In this document: positions 19,885 through 30,300 of the stretch, one piece after another
Layout of the letters: each line of letters begins with the position of its first letter
How positions within the stretch are numbered: the first letter of the stretch is position 1
NCBI GenBank assembly: GCA_964651035.1
Contig: CAZYVE010000001.1
Span: forward strand, 24,059-88,058
From: an uncultured Bacteroides sp.
GTDB taxonomy: Bacteria > Bacteroidota > Bacteroidia > Bacteroidales > Bacteroidaceae
DNA: 64,000 nt
Reading direction: 5' to 3'
Translations under genes and position numbers: made by a program
Notes under the pieces: model-generated
What the model was told of the DNA's origin: nothing
What the model saw: the letters and a program-made list of their open reading frames with translations, nothing else
The model's database searches: none

Positions 19885-21489
19885 TCAGTAGGATAAAGAA
19901 CCGAGTTTTTTCACCTTTTCCTCGAAGAGATTGCCATCCAAGTCGGACATGCGTTTCACTTTGCTTTTATAATTATAGATAGTCTGCACAGAATAATGCA
20001 GGAAAGCGGCAATCTGTCCAATATCCGTAATGCCAAGCCTTATCAGGGCAAATATACGCAGCTCGGCATTAAGCTTTCCCTTGTCAAAAGCATAATGACA
20101 GTCTGGACGCAATAATGAATTGAAATTCTCCACAAAGTCCGGAAAGAGATTCAAGAAAGCCTCGTCGAAGTTATTGTAGAGCACTTCCAGCTCCTTGTCG
20201 AAAGACCTGGAAGAGATTTTGTACACATCATCCACCTTGCCCGCCTTGATTTTCCTGTTCACATCTTTCCTGTATTCATCGAGTTTGTTTATGCTGAGGG
20301 CACACTGCCCCATGAAGTAAGCTATGTATTTCTCCTTCGTCAGGTTGGCCTCATCGAGCTTTTTGTTTACAGATACCAGTTCATGGTTCATACTCTTCAA
20401 GATGCCTTTGGCCCGCAAAAGCATTTTAGACTGCTTAAAAGTCAAATAAAGCGTGACGGCCAGCACAACCGCGAAAACAGTGATAATCCAAAGGTAAATA
20501 CGGAGTCTCTCCTTCTGCTTCTCCAACTTGATAAGGTAGGTGCTTTCTATTATAGGATTGACACGGGCTATCACTTCATTCTTGAAGCGTGAATTATAAA
20601 AATTGGCATCATCCAACACTATCTTCAGATAATTGTATGCGCGGTCTATGTCCCCTTCGCGATATAGACAACCTACGATATTCAGCATCGCCTCATTCTC
20701 CTTTATGGCAAGTCTGTTGTCTCCTATTGCGGCAATAATCAGATACTCCATCCCAGTTTCAAGGTCCCCGTCTGCCTGATACGCCACAGCCAGATTCATA
20801 GCTAATATTATGGATGCGTGTGTGGTCGGGTCAGATTTCTCATACAGTTCTTTCAGTATGGCTACGGCTTCCTTGTAGTTTCCCCAATTGTATAGCCTGG
20901 ATGCCAATGTTTCTCTGTACAAATCAGACTGTTTGTCAAGAACAGACATCAGCGTGTCTATGTATGCTTCTCTTTTGGCAGCATATTGTATTGAGAAATT
21001 ATTGTCGTCAGTATAGCGCATCAGGTTCCCATAATACCGTATGATATTCTTGCAATAAGTGATCTTCAGGCTGTCAGGCAAATCATCGCATTTTATTGAT
21101 CTGAATATTTCGTCCGCCTGGATGAACAGCCCTGATATCGAGTAAACACGTGCAAGCCACAATCTGCTTTCAAGCAGATGTTTACAGCTGCCCTGCTTCA
21201 GAGAAATGGCTATATTGTCCTGTATATAGCGTTCGGCAGAATCGCAGATGAAAGTGTAGTATGCTTCGACAAGTGCAGTGTTGACCCGATAGAGTCCTTC
21301 AAAGGAAGTTTGTTGTTTTCTATCCTGCTTGAGCGAATCTATAAACCGCTGTTTCCTGTCATTATACAGCTGGCGGTCGGCTATAACACGGTCCAATTCA
21401 CGTTGCAGAGAGTCAATCCTTGCATTGCCGGCAAACGACCGTATTGCAAAGAAGAAACACAGAAATATAAAACACCAACCAGATTTCAT
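19885..21489 (-). CDS. transmembrane one-component regulator: periplasmic TPR-like domain, single TM, cytoplasmic coiled coil and C-terminal HTH (DUF6377-like, tentative)
   Basis: 534 aa. Signal peptide MKSGWCFIFLCFFFAIRSFA, TPR-like repeats, TM IYLWIITVFAVVLAVTLYLTF, and C-terminus LIRLGITDIGQIAAFLHYSVQTIYNYKSKVKR (HTH). The family name is from memory. Confidence 0.7.
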   Translation of the reverse strand: MKSGWCFIFLCFFFAIRSFAGNARIDSLQRELDRVIADRQLYNDRKQRFIDSLKQDRKQQTSFEGLYRVNTALVEAYYTFICDSAERYIQDNIAISLKQGSCKHLLESRLWLARVYSISGLFIQADEIFRSIKCDDLPDSLKITYCKNIIRYYGNLMRYTDDNNFSIQYAAKREAYIDTLMSVLDKQSDLYRETLASRLYNWGNYKEAVAILKELYEKSDPTTHASIILAMNLAVAYQADGDLETGMEYLIIAAIGDNRLAIKENEAMLNIVGCLYREGDIDRAYNYLKIVLDDANFYNSRFKNEVIARVNPIIESTYLIKLEKQKERLRIYLWIITVFAVVLAVTLYLTFKQSKMLLRAKGILKSMNHELVSVNKKLDEANLTKEKYIAYFMGQCALSINKLDEYRKDVNRKIKAGKVDDVYKISSRSFDKELEVLYNNFDEAFLNLFPDFVENFNSLLRPDCHYAFDKGKLNAELRIFALIRLGITDIGQIAAFLHYSVQTIYNYKSKVKRMSDLDGNLFEEKVKKLGSLSY

Positions 21490-21524
21490 TAAGGTATCAG
21501 AGAATTGAAGTCCGCAAAGATGAG

Positions 21525-21596
21525 TAGTCTCGCCGGGAATCGAACCCGGATCTAAAGTTTAGGAAACTTCTATTCTATCCGTTGAACTACGAGACC
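21525..21596 (-). tRNA. tRNA-Arg (anticodon CCT)
   Basis: Hand-folded cloverleaf: GGTCTCG TA GTTC AACGGATA GAAT A GAAGT TTCCTAA ACTTT AGAT CCGGG TTCGATT CCCGG CGAGACT A. The T-loop is GTTCGATTC. CCA is not encoded. Confidence 0.9.
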
Positions 21597-21638
21597 ATGC
21601 TAAAAGCACACTTAGGACAGCAGATTGTAATGTGGACG

Positions 21639-21646
21639 CAAAGATA
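21639..21646 (-). promoter_or_regulatory. -7 promoter box TATCTTTG for tRNA-Arg
   Basis: Plus strand reads CAAAGATA, about 43 nt upstream of the tRNA 5' end. Confidence 0.45.
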
Positions 21647-21690
21647 ATGCATTATATTGATTTTACGAAAAAAAGTTTTGCCAATCCGAT

Positions 21691-21698
21691 TAACTTTG
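21691..21698 (+). promoter_or_regulatory. -7 promoter box TAACTTTG for korAB
   Basis: Matches TAnnTTTG, 57 nt upstream of the ATG at 21755. Confidence 0.45.
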
Positions 21699-21754
21699 CG
21701 AAATTTGCCGCCGACCATAGCACACAAAAATTATTAATATACGAATAATTAATT

Positions 21755-23605
21755 ATGTCAAATGAAATGATGCTAAAAGAGCTGGATGAAGTGGTAGTGC
21801 GGTTCTCCGGTGACTCCGGTGACGGGATGCAACTCGCCGGAAACATTTTTTCCACGGTATCGGCTACGGTGGGAAACGACATCAGTACTTTTCCCGATTA
21901 TCCGGCAGACATTCGTGCCCCGCAAGGCTCGCTGACTGGGGTGTCGGGATTCCAGGTGCACATAGGGGCACACAAAGTGTACACACCGGGCGACCGTTGC
22001 GATGTACTGGTGGCCATGAACGCAGCAGCTCTGAAGACACAACACAAGTTTGTCAAACCCAACGGATGCATCATTATAGATACGGATGCATTACAGAAGA
22101 CAGACTTGAACAAGGCTGAATTCACTACCGACAACCCAATAGAGGAACTCGGACTGAAGCAGGAAATCATTGCAGTGCCAATCACGAAAATGGTTAAAGA
22201 TTGCCTGGCTGACACAGGAATGGACAACAAGGCTATGCTGAAATGCCGCAACATGTTTGTTGTGGGACTGGTATGCTGGCTCTTCGACCGTGACCTCACC
22301 ATAGCGGAAACATTATTGCGCGAGAAGTTCGCAAAGAAGCCCGAAGTAGCCGAAGCCAACATCCGCGTCATACATGCCGGATGGGATTACGGACATAATA
22401 CCCACGCTTCCATAGCACATTCCACTTACTATATAGAGAGCAAAGAGAAAAAAACCGGCCGTTACATGGATATCACGGGCAATAAGGCTACAGCCTACGG
22501 ATTCATTGCCGCCGCAGAGAAGGCCGGACTCAAACTGTTCCTCGGCTCGTACCCCATAACGCCTGCCACGGACGTACTGCACGAACTGTCCAAACACAAA
22601 TCGCTGGGCGTAATAACCGTGCAATGCGAGGACGAGATTTCGGGTTGTTCCACCGCAATAGGGGCATCGTTCGCAGGGGCGCTGGCAGTAACGTCCACGT
22701 CGGGACCGGGCATATGCCTCAAGTCAGAATCCATGAACCTGGCCGTCATCACCGAATTGCCGCTCGTAATACTCGATGTACAGCGCGGTGGCCCATCTAC
22801 GGGATTGCCCACAAAATCCGAACAGACGGACTTACTGCAGGTGCTCTTCGGGCGTAACGGCGAAAGTCCGATGCCCGTCATCGCAGCCACTTCACCCACC
22901 GGTTGCTTCGATGCAGCATATATGGCTTGCAAGATTGCACTCGAACACATGACACCTGTAGTGCTGCTGACTGACGGTTACGTGGCAAACGGCTCCGCCG
23001 CATGGAAGCTACCTAAGCTGTCAGAATATCCCGATATCAATCCACCCTACGTGAAAGAATCCATGAAAGGGCATTATTCACCGTATCTGCGCAATGACGA
23101 AACGCTCGTCAGGTATTGGGCATTACCCGGGAAGGAAGGATTCACTCACATACTCGGGGGATTGGAAAAAGACAATGCCACCGGTGCCATATCTACCGAC
23201 CCCGACAATCATGACATGATGTGCAGGCTACGCGCAAGCAAAGTGGCACGTATACCAGTACCCGACCTGGAAGTGTACGGACGTACCGACGATGCCGACC
23301 TGCTGATTGTGGGATTTGGAGGAACATTCGGACATTTGTATTCGGCAATGGACGAAATGCTGAAGGCCGGGAACAAGGTGGCACTGGCACAATTCTCATA
23401 CCTCAACCCGTTGCCCAAAAACACTTCCGAAGTACTCAACAAATATCCCAAAGTAGTGGTAGCAGAGCAGAACTTGGGGCAATTGGCTGCATACCTGCGC
23501 ATGAAAATAGACAACTTCAATCCATACCGCTACAACGAAGTAAAAGGCCAGCCATTTGAGGTAAGCAAACTGGTGGCCGCTTTCACAGAGATTTTAAACC
23601 AATAA
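21755..23605 (+). CDS. korA: 2-oxoglutarate/2-oxoacid:ferredoxin oxidoreductase subunit alpha (fused alpha-gamma)
   Basis: 616 aa. FSGDSGDGMQLAG (gamma-type N-terminus), then an alpha domain GSYPITPATD. Confidence 0.9.
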   Translation: MSNEMMLKELDEVVVRFSGDSGDGMQLAGNIFSTVSATVGNDISTFPDYPADIRAPQGSLTGVSGFQVHIGAHKVYTPGDRCDVLVAMNAAALKTQHKFVKPNGCIIIDTDALQKTDLNKAEFTTDNPIEELGLKQEIIAVPITKMVKDCLADTGMDNKAMLKCRNMFVVGLVCWLFDRDLTIAETLLREKFAKKPEVAEANIRVIHAGWDYGHNTHASIAHSTYYIESKEKKTGRYMDITGNKATAYGFIAAAEKAGLKLFLGSYPITPATDVLHELSKHKSLGVITVQCEDEISGCSTAIGASFAGALAVTSTSGPGICLKSESMNLAVITELPLVILDVQRGGPSTGLPTKSEQTDLLQVLFGRNGESPMPVIAATSPTGCFDAAYMACKIALEHMTPVVLLTDGYVANGSAAWKLPKLSEYPDINPPYVKESMKGHYSPYLRNDETLVRYWALPGKEGFTHILGGLEKDNATGAISTDPDNHDMMCRLRASKVARIPVPDLEVYGRTDDADLLIVGFGGTFGHLYSAMDEMLKAGNKVALAQFSYLNPLPKNTSEVLNKYPKVVVAEQNLGQLAAYLRMKIDNFNPYRYNEVKGQPFEVSKLVAAFTEILNQ

Positions 23606-23622
23606 AAAGAGAAAACTACATC

Positions 23623-24639
23623 ATGGATAACAACAATACAGCTTACACAGCAAAAGACTTCAAGAAAGGACAGCCGCGCTGGTGTCCCGGATGCGGTGAC
23701 CACTTTTTTTTGGCATCACTGCACAAGGCCATGGCCGAATTGGGCATACCGCCTTGGCAGACGGCCGTAATATCGGGCATAGGATGTTCCAGCAGGTTAC
23801 CTTACTACATGAACACATACGCCATGCAGACCATACACGGTCGGGCAGCGGCTATCTCGACAGGAACAAAGACAGCCAACCCAGGACTTACCGTATGGCA
23901 GATATCCGGCGACGGAGACGGACTGGCTATTGGCGGAAACCACTTCATACATGCCGTGAGACGCAACATAGACATCAACATGATACTGCTGAACAACCGC
24001 ATTTACGGACTGACCAAAGGACAATATTCCCCCACATCGCCCAGGGGATTCGTCAGCAAGTCGTCACCATACGGGACGGTAGAAGACCCCTTCCACCCGG
24101 CAGAATTGTGTTTCGGCGCTCGCGGACAGTTCTTCGCAAGAGCCGTGGCTACCGACTCGGCCGGTACAATAGAAATCCTGAAAGCTGCGGCCCTACATAA
24201 GGGAGCGGCTGTGTGCGAGATTCTGCAGAACTGCGTCATCTTTAACAACGGGGCATACGACAACGTGTACAACAAGGAGGGACGCACAAAGCACTCCATC
24301 TTCCTGGAGCACGGCCGTCCGATGTTATTTGGAGAGAATAAGGAATACGGACTCGTGCAAGAGGGCTTCGGACTCAAAGTGGTGAAACTCGGTGAAAACG
24401 GAGTGACGGAAAAAGATATATTGATACACGACGCGCACTGCAAGGATAATACATTGCAGATGAAACTTGCACTGATGGAAGGGCCGGACTTCCCCATAGC
24501 ACTCGGCGTCATACGCGACGTTTCCGCCCCCACCTACGACTATGCAGTACACGACCAGATTGAGCAAGTGTCGGCACGCAGCAAGTACCACAACTTCGAG
24601 GAACTGCTTATGACAAACGACACTTGGGAAGTATCCTGA
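23623..24639 (+). CDS. korB: 2-oxoglutarate/2-oxoacid:ferredoxin oxidoreductase subunit beta (TPP-binding)
   Basis: 338 aa. WCPGCGDH and GDGDGLAIGGNH TPP motifs. Confidence 0.9.
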   Translation: MDNNNTAYTAKDFKKGQPRWCPGCGDHFFLASLHKAMAELGIPPWQTAVISGIGCSSRLPYYMNTYAMQTIHGRAAAISTGTKTANPGLTVWQISGDGDGLAIGGNHFIHAVRRNIDINMILLNNRIYGLTKGQYSPTSPRGFVSKSSPYGTVEDPFHPAELCFGARGQFFARAVATDSAGTIEILKAAALHKGAAVCEILQNCVIFNNGAYDNVYNKEGRTKHSIFLEHGRPMLFGENKEYGLVQEGFGLKVVKLGENGVTEKDILIHDAHCKDNTLQMKLALMEGPDFPIALGVIRDVSAPTYDYAVHDQIEQVSARSKYHNFEELLMTNDTWEVS

Positions 24640-24716
24640 AACGAATTGATAACCAGACATTAACACCCAGTACCCGGCCTACATGGAAGGAGGAACGGGC
24701 AACACTGCGACACATT

Positions 24717-26114
24717 ATGAAAAAGACTCTGCTAACATTCGCGCTGTTAAGCGCCTGGTTGCTCGACGCACAGGCACAGCAACAAAAGGGAGGCATAAGC
24801 CCCCAGATGCTCGACGAAATCGAACAGTCGTATAATGAAACACCTTCAGACAAGGCCATACGCAACGCTATCACTGCCAACGACATCAACAAACTGGCAG
24901 TGAACCTCGACAACCAGAAAGACTTCGACAAGCATTTTTCCATACGGGTAAACACCAAAGGCATCACTAACCAACGCTCGTCAGGACGATGCTGGCTATT
25001 TGCCGGCATGAATGTGATGCGGGCCAAGACCATAGCACGCTACGGACTGCCCGAGCTGGAGTTCTCGCAGGCATACTCGTTCTTCTGGGATCAGCTGGAG
25101 AAGGCGAACCTATTCCTGCAAGGCATCATCGACACGGCAGACAAGCCACTGACAGACCAGACGGTGGAATGGCTGTTCAAACACCCGCTGAGCGACGGGG
25201 GCACATTTACAGGCGTGGCTGACATCGTGGGTAAGTACGGACTCGTACCAAAGGAGGCGATGCCCGAGACGCACAGCAGCAACAACACCTCGCGCATGTC
25301 ATCACTCATAGGGCTTAAACTCAAGGAGTTCGGACTGCAACTGCGTGACATGGCCGGACAGGGCACCTCTTCAGCCGAACTGCAACAAAGCAAAACAGAC
25401 ATGCTGAAAGATGTCTACCGCATGCTGGCACTCAACCTGGGAATACCGCCCAAAGAGTTTGACTACGTGCGACGCGACGCATCCGGCAAACGCGTGGAAG
25501 TGGAGCACCACACCCCTATGACTTTCCTCGCCAAATACGGGGACACGAATCTTCTTGAAAGCTACGTCATGCTGATGAACGACCCCACACGCGAATATTA
25601 CAAGTGCTATGAAATAGACTATGACCGCCACCGTTACGACGGACGCAACTGGACATACATCAACCTGCCTTTGGACGAGATAAAGCAGTTGGCCATAACT
25701 TCGCTGAGAGACAGTACGGCCATGTACTTCTCAAGCGACATCAAGCAAATGGATGCCGCCAGAGGTTATCTCGACGTGGACAACTACGACTATGCCTCTC
25801 TGATGGGCGTGAATTTCGGCATGAACAAGAAACAGCGCATACAGACGTTTGCCAGTATGTCGGCACATGCCATGACACTCGTGGCCGTAGACCTGGATGC
25901 GGACGGGAAGCCCGTAAAATGGATGGTGGAAAACAGCTGGGGAGCGTCGTCAGGGCACAATGGCTTCCTTATAATGACGGACAGGTGGTTTGACGAATAC
26001 ATGTTCCGCCTGGTAGTGGAAGACAAATACGTACCTGAAAGCATACGCGCCATCTCCCGACAGGAGCCGATACGCCTGCCGGCATGGGACCCGATGTTTG
26101 CCGAGGAAGAGTAA
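24717..26114 (+). CDS. pepC: aminopeptidase C / bleomycin hydrolase-type C1 cysteine peptidase, with signal peptide
   Basis: Starts at the internal ATG (MKKTLLTFALLSAWLLDAQA). Active-site QRSSGRCWLFA, and C-terminal ENSWG...GF. Confidence 0.88.
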   Translation: MKKTLLTFALLSAWLLDAQAQQQKGGISPQMLDEIEQSYNETPSDKAIRNAITANDINKLAVNLDNQKDFDKHFSIRVNTKGITNQRSSGRCWLFAGMNVMRAKTIARYGLPELEFSQAYSFFWDQLEKANLFLQGIIDTADKPLTDQTVEWLFKHPLSDGGTFTGVADIVGKYGLVPKEAMPETHSSNNTSRMSSLIGLKLKEFGLQLRDMAGQGTSSAELQQSKTDMLKDVYRMLALNLGIPPKEFDYVRRDASGKRVEVEHHTPMTFLAKYGDTNLLESYVMLMNDPTREYYKCYEIDYDRHRYDGRNWTYINLPLDEIKQLAITSLRDSTAMYFSSDIKQMDAARGYLDVDNYDYASLMGVNFGMNKKQRIQTFASMSAHAMTLVAVDLDADGKPVKWMVENSWGASSGHNGFLIMTDRWFDEYMFRLVVEDKYVPESIRAISRQEPIRLPAWDPMFAEEE

Positions 26115-26134
26115 GAATCCCGGCACGCACATTC

Positions 26135-27163
26135 TCATAGCAGGCTGTCTGACGGAAACACCACACCGACCTGCCTGCGTATCTCGTCCACAACTTCCAT
26201 CGTAGCCAGTGAGTTGCGATGGCTGTTGACGGCCGATTCCCTCCTGCCGGAGAGCACAGTGTTGATAAATTCGGCCACCTCGTAATAATACTCATCATTC
26301 TCTTGTGGGACGGACAGCTCCACGGCTGCGGGCTGCGTCCCCCACCCGCCGGCAACGTTGCGCACGCGCGGCATGAATGACACCTGTCTCATCCGGTTGA
26401 TACGATCCATCACTATGGTTCCGCTCTCTCCCTGTATCTCCGCAGGCAGATACGAGTCAGCAATCTTCGAGTAAAGCACGCATGCCTCCATGCCGCCGGC
26501 ATAGCGGAAGACAGCCATTCCCTGACCGTCAACCCCCGAAGGAAGCAGCGTTCCCGTAGCCGTTACACTCTCGGGCGGTCCGAAGAGAACTATCATCGGA
26601 TATATGGTGTAAACGCCTATGTCCATCACCGCTCCGTTGGAATATGCAGGGTTGAAGGCGTTCAGTACAACCCCCTCTTTCAGCTTGTCGTAACGCGACG
26701 AATACTGACAATAGGAGGCGAAGTAACGGCGCACTGTACCCACCCGTCCGAGTGCCTGCCGCACGGCAAGGAAATTGGGCTCCACAGTGGTTTTCATAGC
26801 CTCCATCAACGTCACGCCATACCGTCCGGAAGCCTCTGCCATCTGCCGTGCTTCACGGGCATTCGACGCCAACGGCTTCTCGCAGAGCACGTGTTTGCCA
26901 CGGCTCATGAAGAGCACCGCCAGCCCCGCATGGGTAAAGTTGGGCGTAGCTATATATACGGCATCTATGTACGGACTGACTGCCATTTCTTCGGGCGAAG
27001 TAAACATGCGTGGTATGCCGTGCCTGCGTGCAAAGGCTTCAGCCGTCTCCTGATTTCTCGAACATACGGCTGCCAACACGAAACGCCTGTCCTTGCGCGC
27101 ACCGGCTATCACCCTGTCTGTTATGAAATTGGTGCCGATGACACCGAAACGTACTTTATCCAT
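26135..27163 (-). CDS. Gfo/Idh/MocA family oxidoreductase
   Basis: 342 aa. N-terminal Rossmann VRFGVIGTNFITDR and the EKP motif HVLCEKPLA. Confidence 0.88.
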   Translation of the reverse strand: MDKVRFGVIGTNFITDRVIAGARKDRRFVLAAVCSRNQETAEAFARRHGIPRMFTSPEEMAVSPYIDAVYIATPNFTHAGLAVLFMSRGKHVLCEKPLASNAREARQMAEASGRYGVTLMEAMKTTVEPNFLAVRQALGRVGTVRRYFASYCQYSSRYDKLKEGVVLNAFNPAYSNGAVMDIGVYTIYPMIVLFGPPESVTATGTLLPSGVDGQGMAVFRYAGGMEACVLYSKIADSYLPAEIQGESGTIVMDRINRMRQVSFMPRVRNVAGGWGTQPAAVELSVPQENDEYYYEVAEFINTVLSGRRESAVNSHRNSLATMEVVDEIRRQVGVVFPSDSLL

Positions 27164-27270
27164 TGTATATCAGTTTACAGATTTCATGACAATTATCCGC
27201 ATTACCGCCCCGGCAGACTGCCGCCACACAGCAGAATGTGTCCCTGCTGGTAATGCGTATGCGGCAGCTC

Positions 27271-27306
27271 CAGTACATGCACTGCATTTGCATGCAATGC
27301 GTACTG
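27271..27306. repeat. imperfect palindrome CAGTAC...TTGCATGCAA...GTACTG between the HTCS stop and the oxidoreductase start
   Basis: The outer 6-bp arms and the central perfect 10-bp palindrome TTGCATGCAA (27288-27297) were read directly. The function (terminator or operator) is unknown. Confidence 0.6.
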
Positions 27307-27340
27307 CACACACGGCCAATTATGCCCCATACGGCAAGCA

Positions 27341-30300
27341 TCATTCCCCTTTCCCTATGAACTCCTTGGGAAGCTTGCCAAACTGCTCCCTGAAGCATTT
27401 GGCGAAGTAAGACGGCGTATTGAAGCCTGTCATGTAGCAGACCTCGTTTACTTTGTACTCACCACTGCGCAAGAGCTGTGCCGCCTGCTTCAGGCGTTCG
27501 AGGCGCACGTAATCGTTAGGGGTCATATCCAACAGCTCTTTTATCTTGCGGTTCAGGTTCGAACGGCTCATGTGCAACGACTGCGCTATATTATCCAGAG
27601 TGAAGTCCGGATTCTGCATGTTTGCCACCACAACCTTGTGCAATGCCTTGAGGAAGTTCTCATCAGCCTTGCTCATGGCCATGCTGTTCACCTCGAGGAA
27701 GGGCGAGTGGGCTATGGATTTGCGCATCTTCTCCCGGTTGTCCAGCAGATTTGAGACGCAGGCCTTCAGATATTCCACCGAAAACGGCTTTTCCACATAG
27801 GCATCCGCCCCCTGTTTTATTCCCTCTATCTTGGAGCCGAGAGTAGTCTTTGCCGTAAGCAGCACAATGGGTATATGGCTGTATGCAATGTCAGACTTCA
27901 GCCGCCTGCACAGTTCCAGTCCGTCCATCTGCGGCATCATTATGTCAGAAATAAGCAGATGTGCCGTATGTGTCTCCAGCAATTTCAAAGCCTCTGTTCC
28001 GTTAGCTGCCGTCAACACATTGTAATCGGCGGAAAATTGCCTTGCCACGAATCCTCGCATCTCCTCGTTGTCCTCCACTACCATTATGGTATAACGCGGG
28101 ACAGCCCGTGCTGGTACCATCCCTTCCTGCACCCTTTCCTGCCCGGCAGAGAGCCGGGGTTCTTTCTCACATGCCGTTTTCAAGGTCTGCACATGCTGCA
28201 GTGGCAAGTCGAGAATGAAGCAGTTGCAGTCTGCCGAATTATCCATAGTCAGTGTACCGCCATGCAGTTCTGCCAGAGAGCGCGCCAGGGCAAGGCCGAT
28301 ACCTGTGCCCGTCGTCGTATATTGTATGCCATCCTTGTACTGCACGAATGGCTTGAAGATTTCCTCACGCATATTGGGAGGCACCACCGGCCCGTCATTG
28401 CTTACAGACAGTATTATATTCTCTTCCTCGCCCGAAAGGCATACACGGATGAACGAGGCAGAATATTTGATTGCGTTTGTAAACAGGTTGCTTATTATTT
28501 TCGTGAGGCCTTCCTTGTCCACAGCAGCATGCAGGTGCTCGGGCATGTCAACAGTGAAATCAAGTTTTTTCTGGCGTGCCAGTGGAGAGAAACGTTTATA
28601 GGCGTTGCGCAGTATGTCAGTCACATCACACTCGATAAAATTCAGGCTGAAACCCTTCGACTCCGTTTTACGGAAATCGAGCAACTGATTCACCAGGTCC
28701 AGCAGACGGTTGGTATTGAGTTCCATCGTCTCTAAGTCGCCACGTATGTCACCGGTCACCTCCTTGGAAGCAAGAACATTCTCCAGGGGACTCTTGATAA
28801 GCGTAAGCGGGGTACGTATCTCATGTGCCACGTTGGTGAAGAAGTCTATCTTGGCTGTATAAAGCTCGCGTTCCTTCTCCTGTTCAAACTTATCCATCGC
28901 CAGGCGTTGGCGCAGGAGGGTACGGTTTCTGAAGTAACGTATGAAAGCAAACAGAATCAATAGAGCAAAAGATACATATACCACGTAGGCCCACATCGAA
29001 AGATAGAACGGCGGACGTATGTAAACTTGCAGCAGACGCTCTTTCGGATTGAACATGCCGTCGCTATTGGCTCCACGTATACGCAATGTGTAGTTGCCAT
29101 ACGGCAAATTGGAATAATTTATACGGGAAGAATTCCCCACACGGTACCAGTCGTGATCGAATCCTTCGAGCTTGCATTCCAAGGTATTCATCTCCGGAGC
29201 CTGGTAGCTCAGTGCGGCACACCGGAAGGAAAAAGAATTCTGCTTGGCGTCCAGCTCTATGTAATCCGAATAAACGATGTTCTGCTTCAGGGGAGAACCG
29301 CCCGACTCTGACACATCAACCCGTTTGTTGAGTAAGTAGAAATCCGTTATGACCACCGGAGGCATATAATCATTTGGCACGAAAGTCTCGGGGTCAAATA
29401 TGATAAGGCCATTGATGCTTCCCAGATAAATGCGCCCGTCTCCGGCACAATAGCCCGACTGAAAGTTAAACTGGCTGCTGAGCAATCCGTTGGCCGTAGT
29501 ATATACATGTTTTACGCCTTCTTGCGGACTGAAACAGAAAAGGCCGGCATTGGAGGTCAGCCATAAATAGCCATGTGTATCCTCCACCATCTTGTAAACT
29601 GTGTTGGGAAATCCATCTGTCAGGCCATAGCGGATAAATCCGTCAGAGCTGGCATCATACCGGCAGAACCCTTCACCCAGAGTCATAAACCACAGACGTT
29701 TTCTGCTGTCTTCATATATGCCTATGATACGGTTGGAAGGCAAAGAAGCAGAATCACCTTCACTGTAAAGATAGTTTTTCCACCGTCCACTCTTCACCTC
29801 GCAACAAAAGACACCGTTGGAATATGTAGCAAACCACAGATTGCCGTTAAAGTCTTCCATGATGTCGTATATGAACATATTCTTCATCTGCGGAATCCGC
29901 CTGAAGTCGTCCGTGGCACGATTATATTCTACCAGGCCATAAGTGGTACCTATCAGGATTCTGCCCGTCGTGGTACGATATACGGCAAAAGCATCATTGG
30001 CCGGCAGTTCATTATCGGCCTCACCGCGTGAATAATGCCTCACCCGGCGGGTACGCAAGTCCAGGCGGTTGAGCCCTCCCGAGAATGTACCCACCCACAT
30101 CTGGTCACCGTCGAGGCACAGCCCATGCACATTGCGGTAAATGGCAGGATCCCGGAAAGGAGTTATTACGCCACTCACAGGGTTGTAGTTGAAGAGTCCC
30201 TTGTCTTCCGTACCTATCCATAGAGTGCCGTCGTTGCCTTCGCATATCTCGCGCACACGGCGGCCAAAGTAACGAAGATTGTCACGCGGATAAACCTTCT

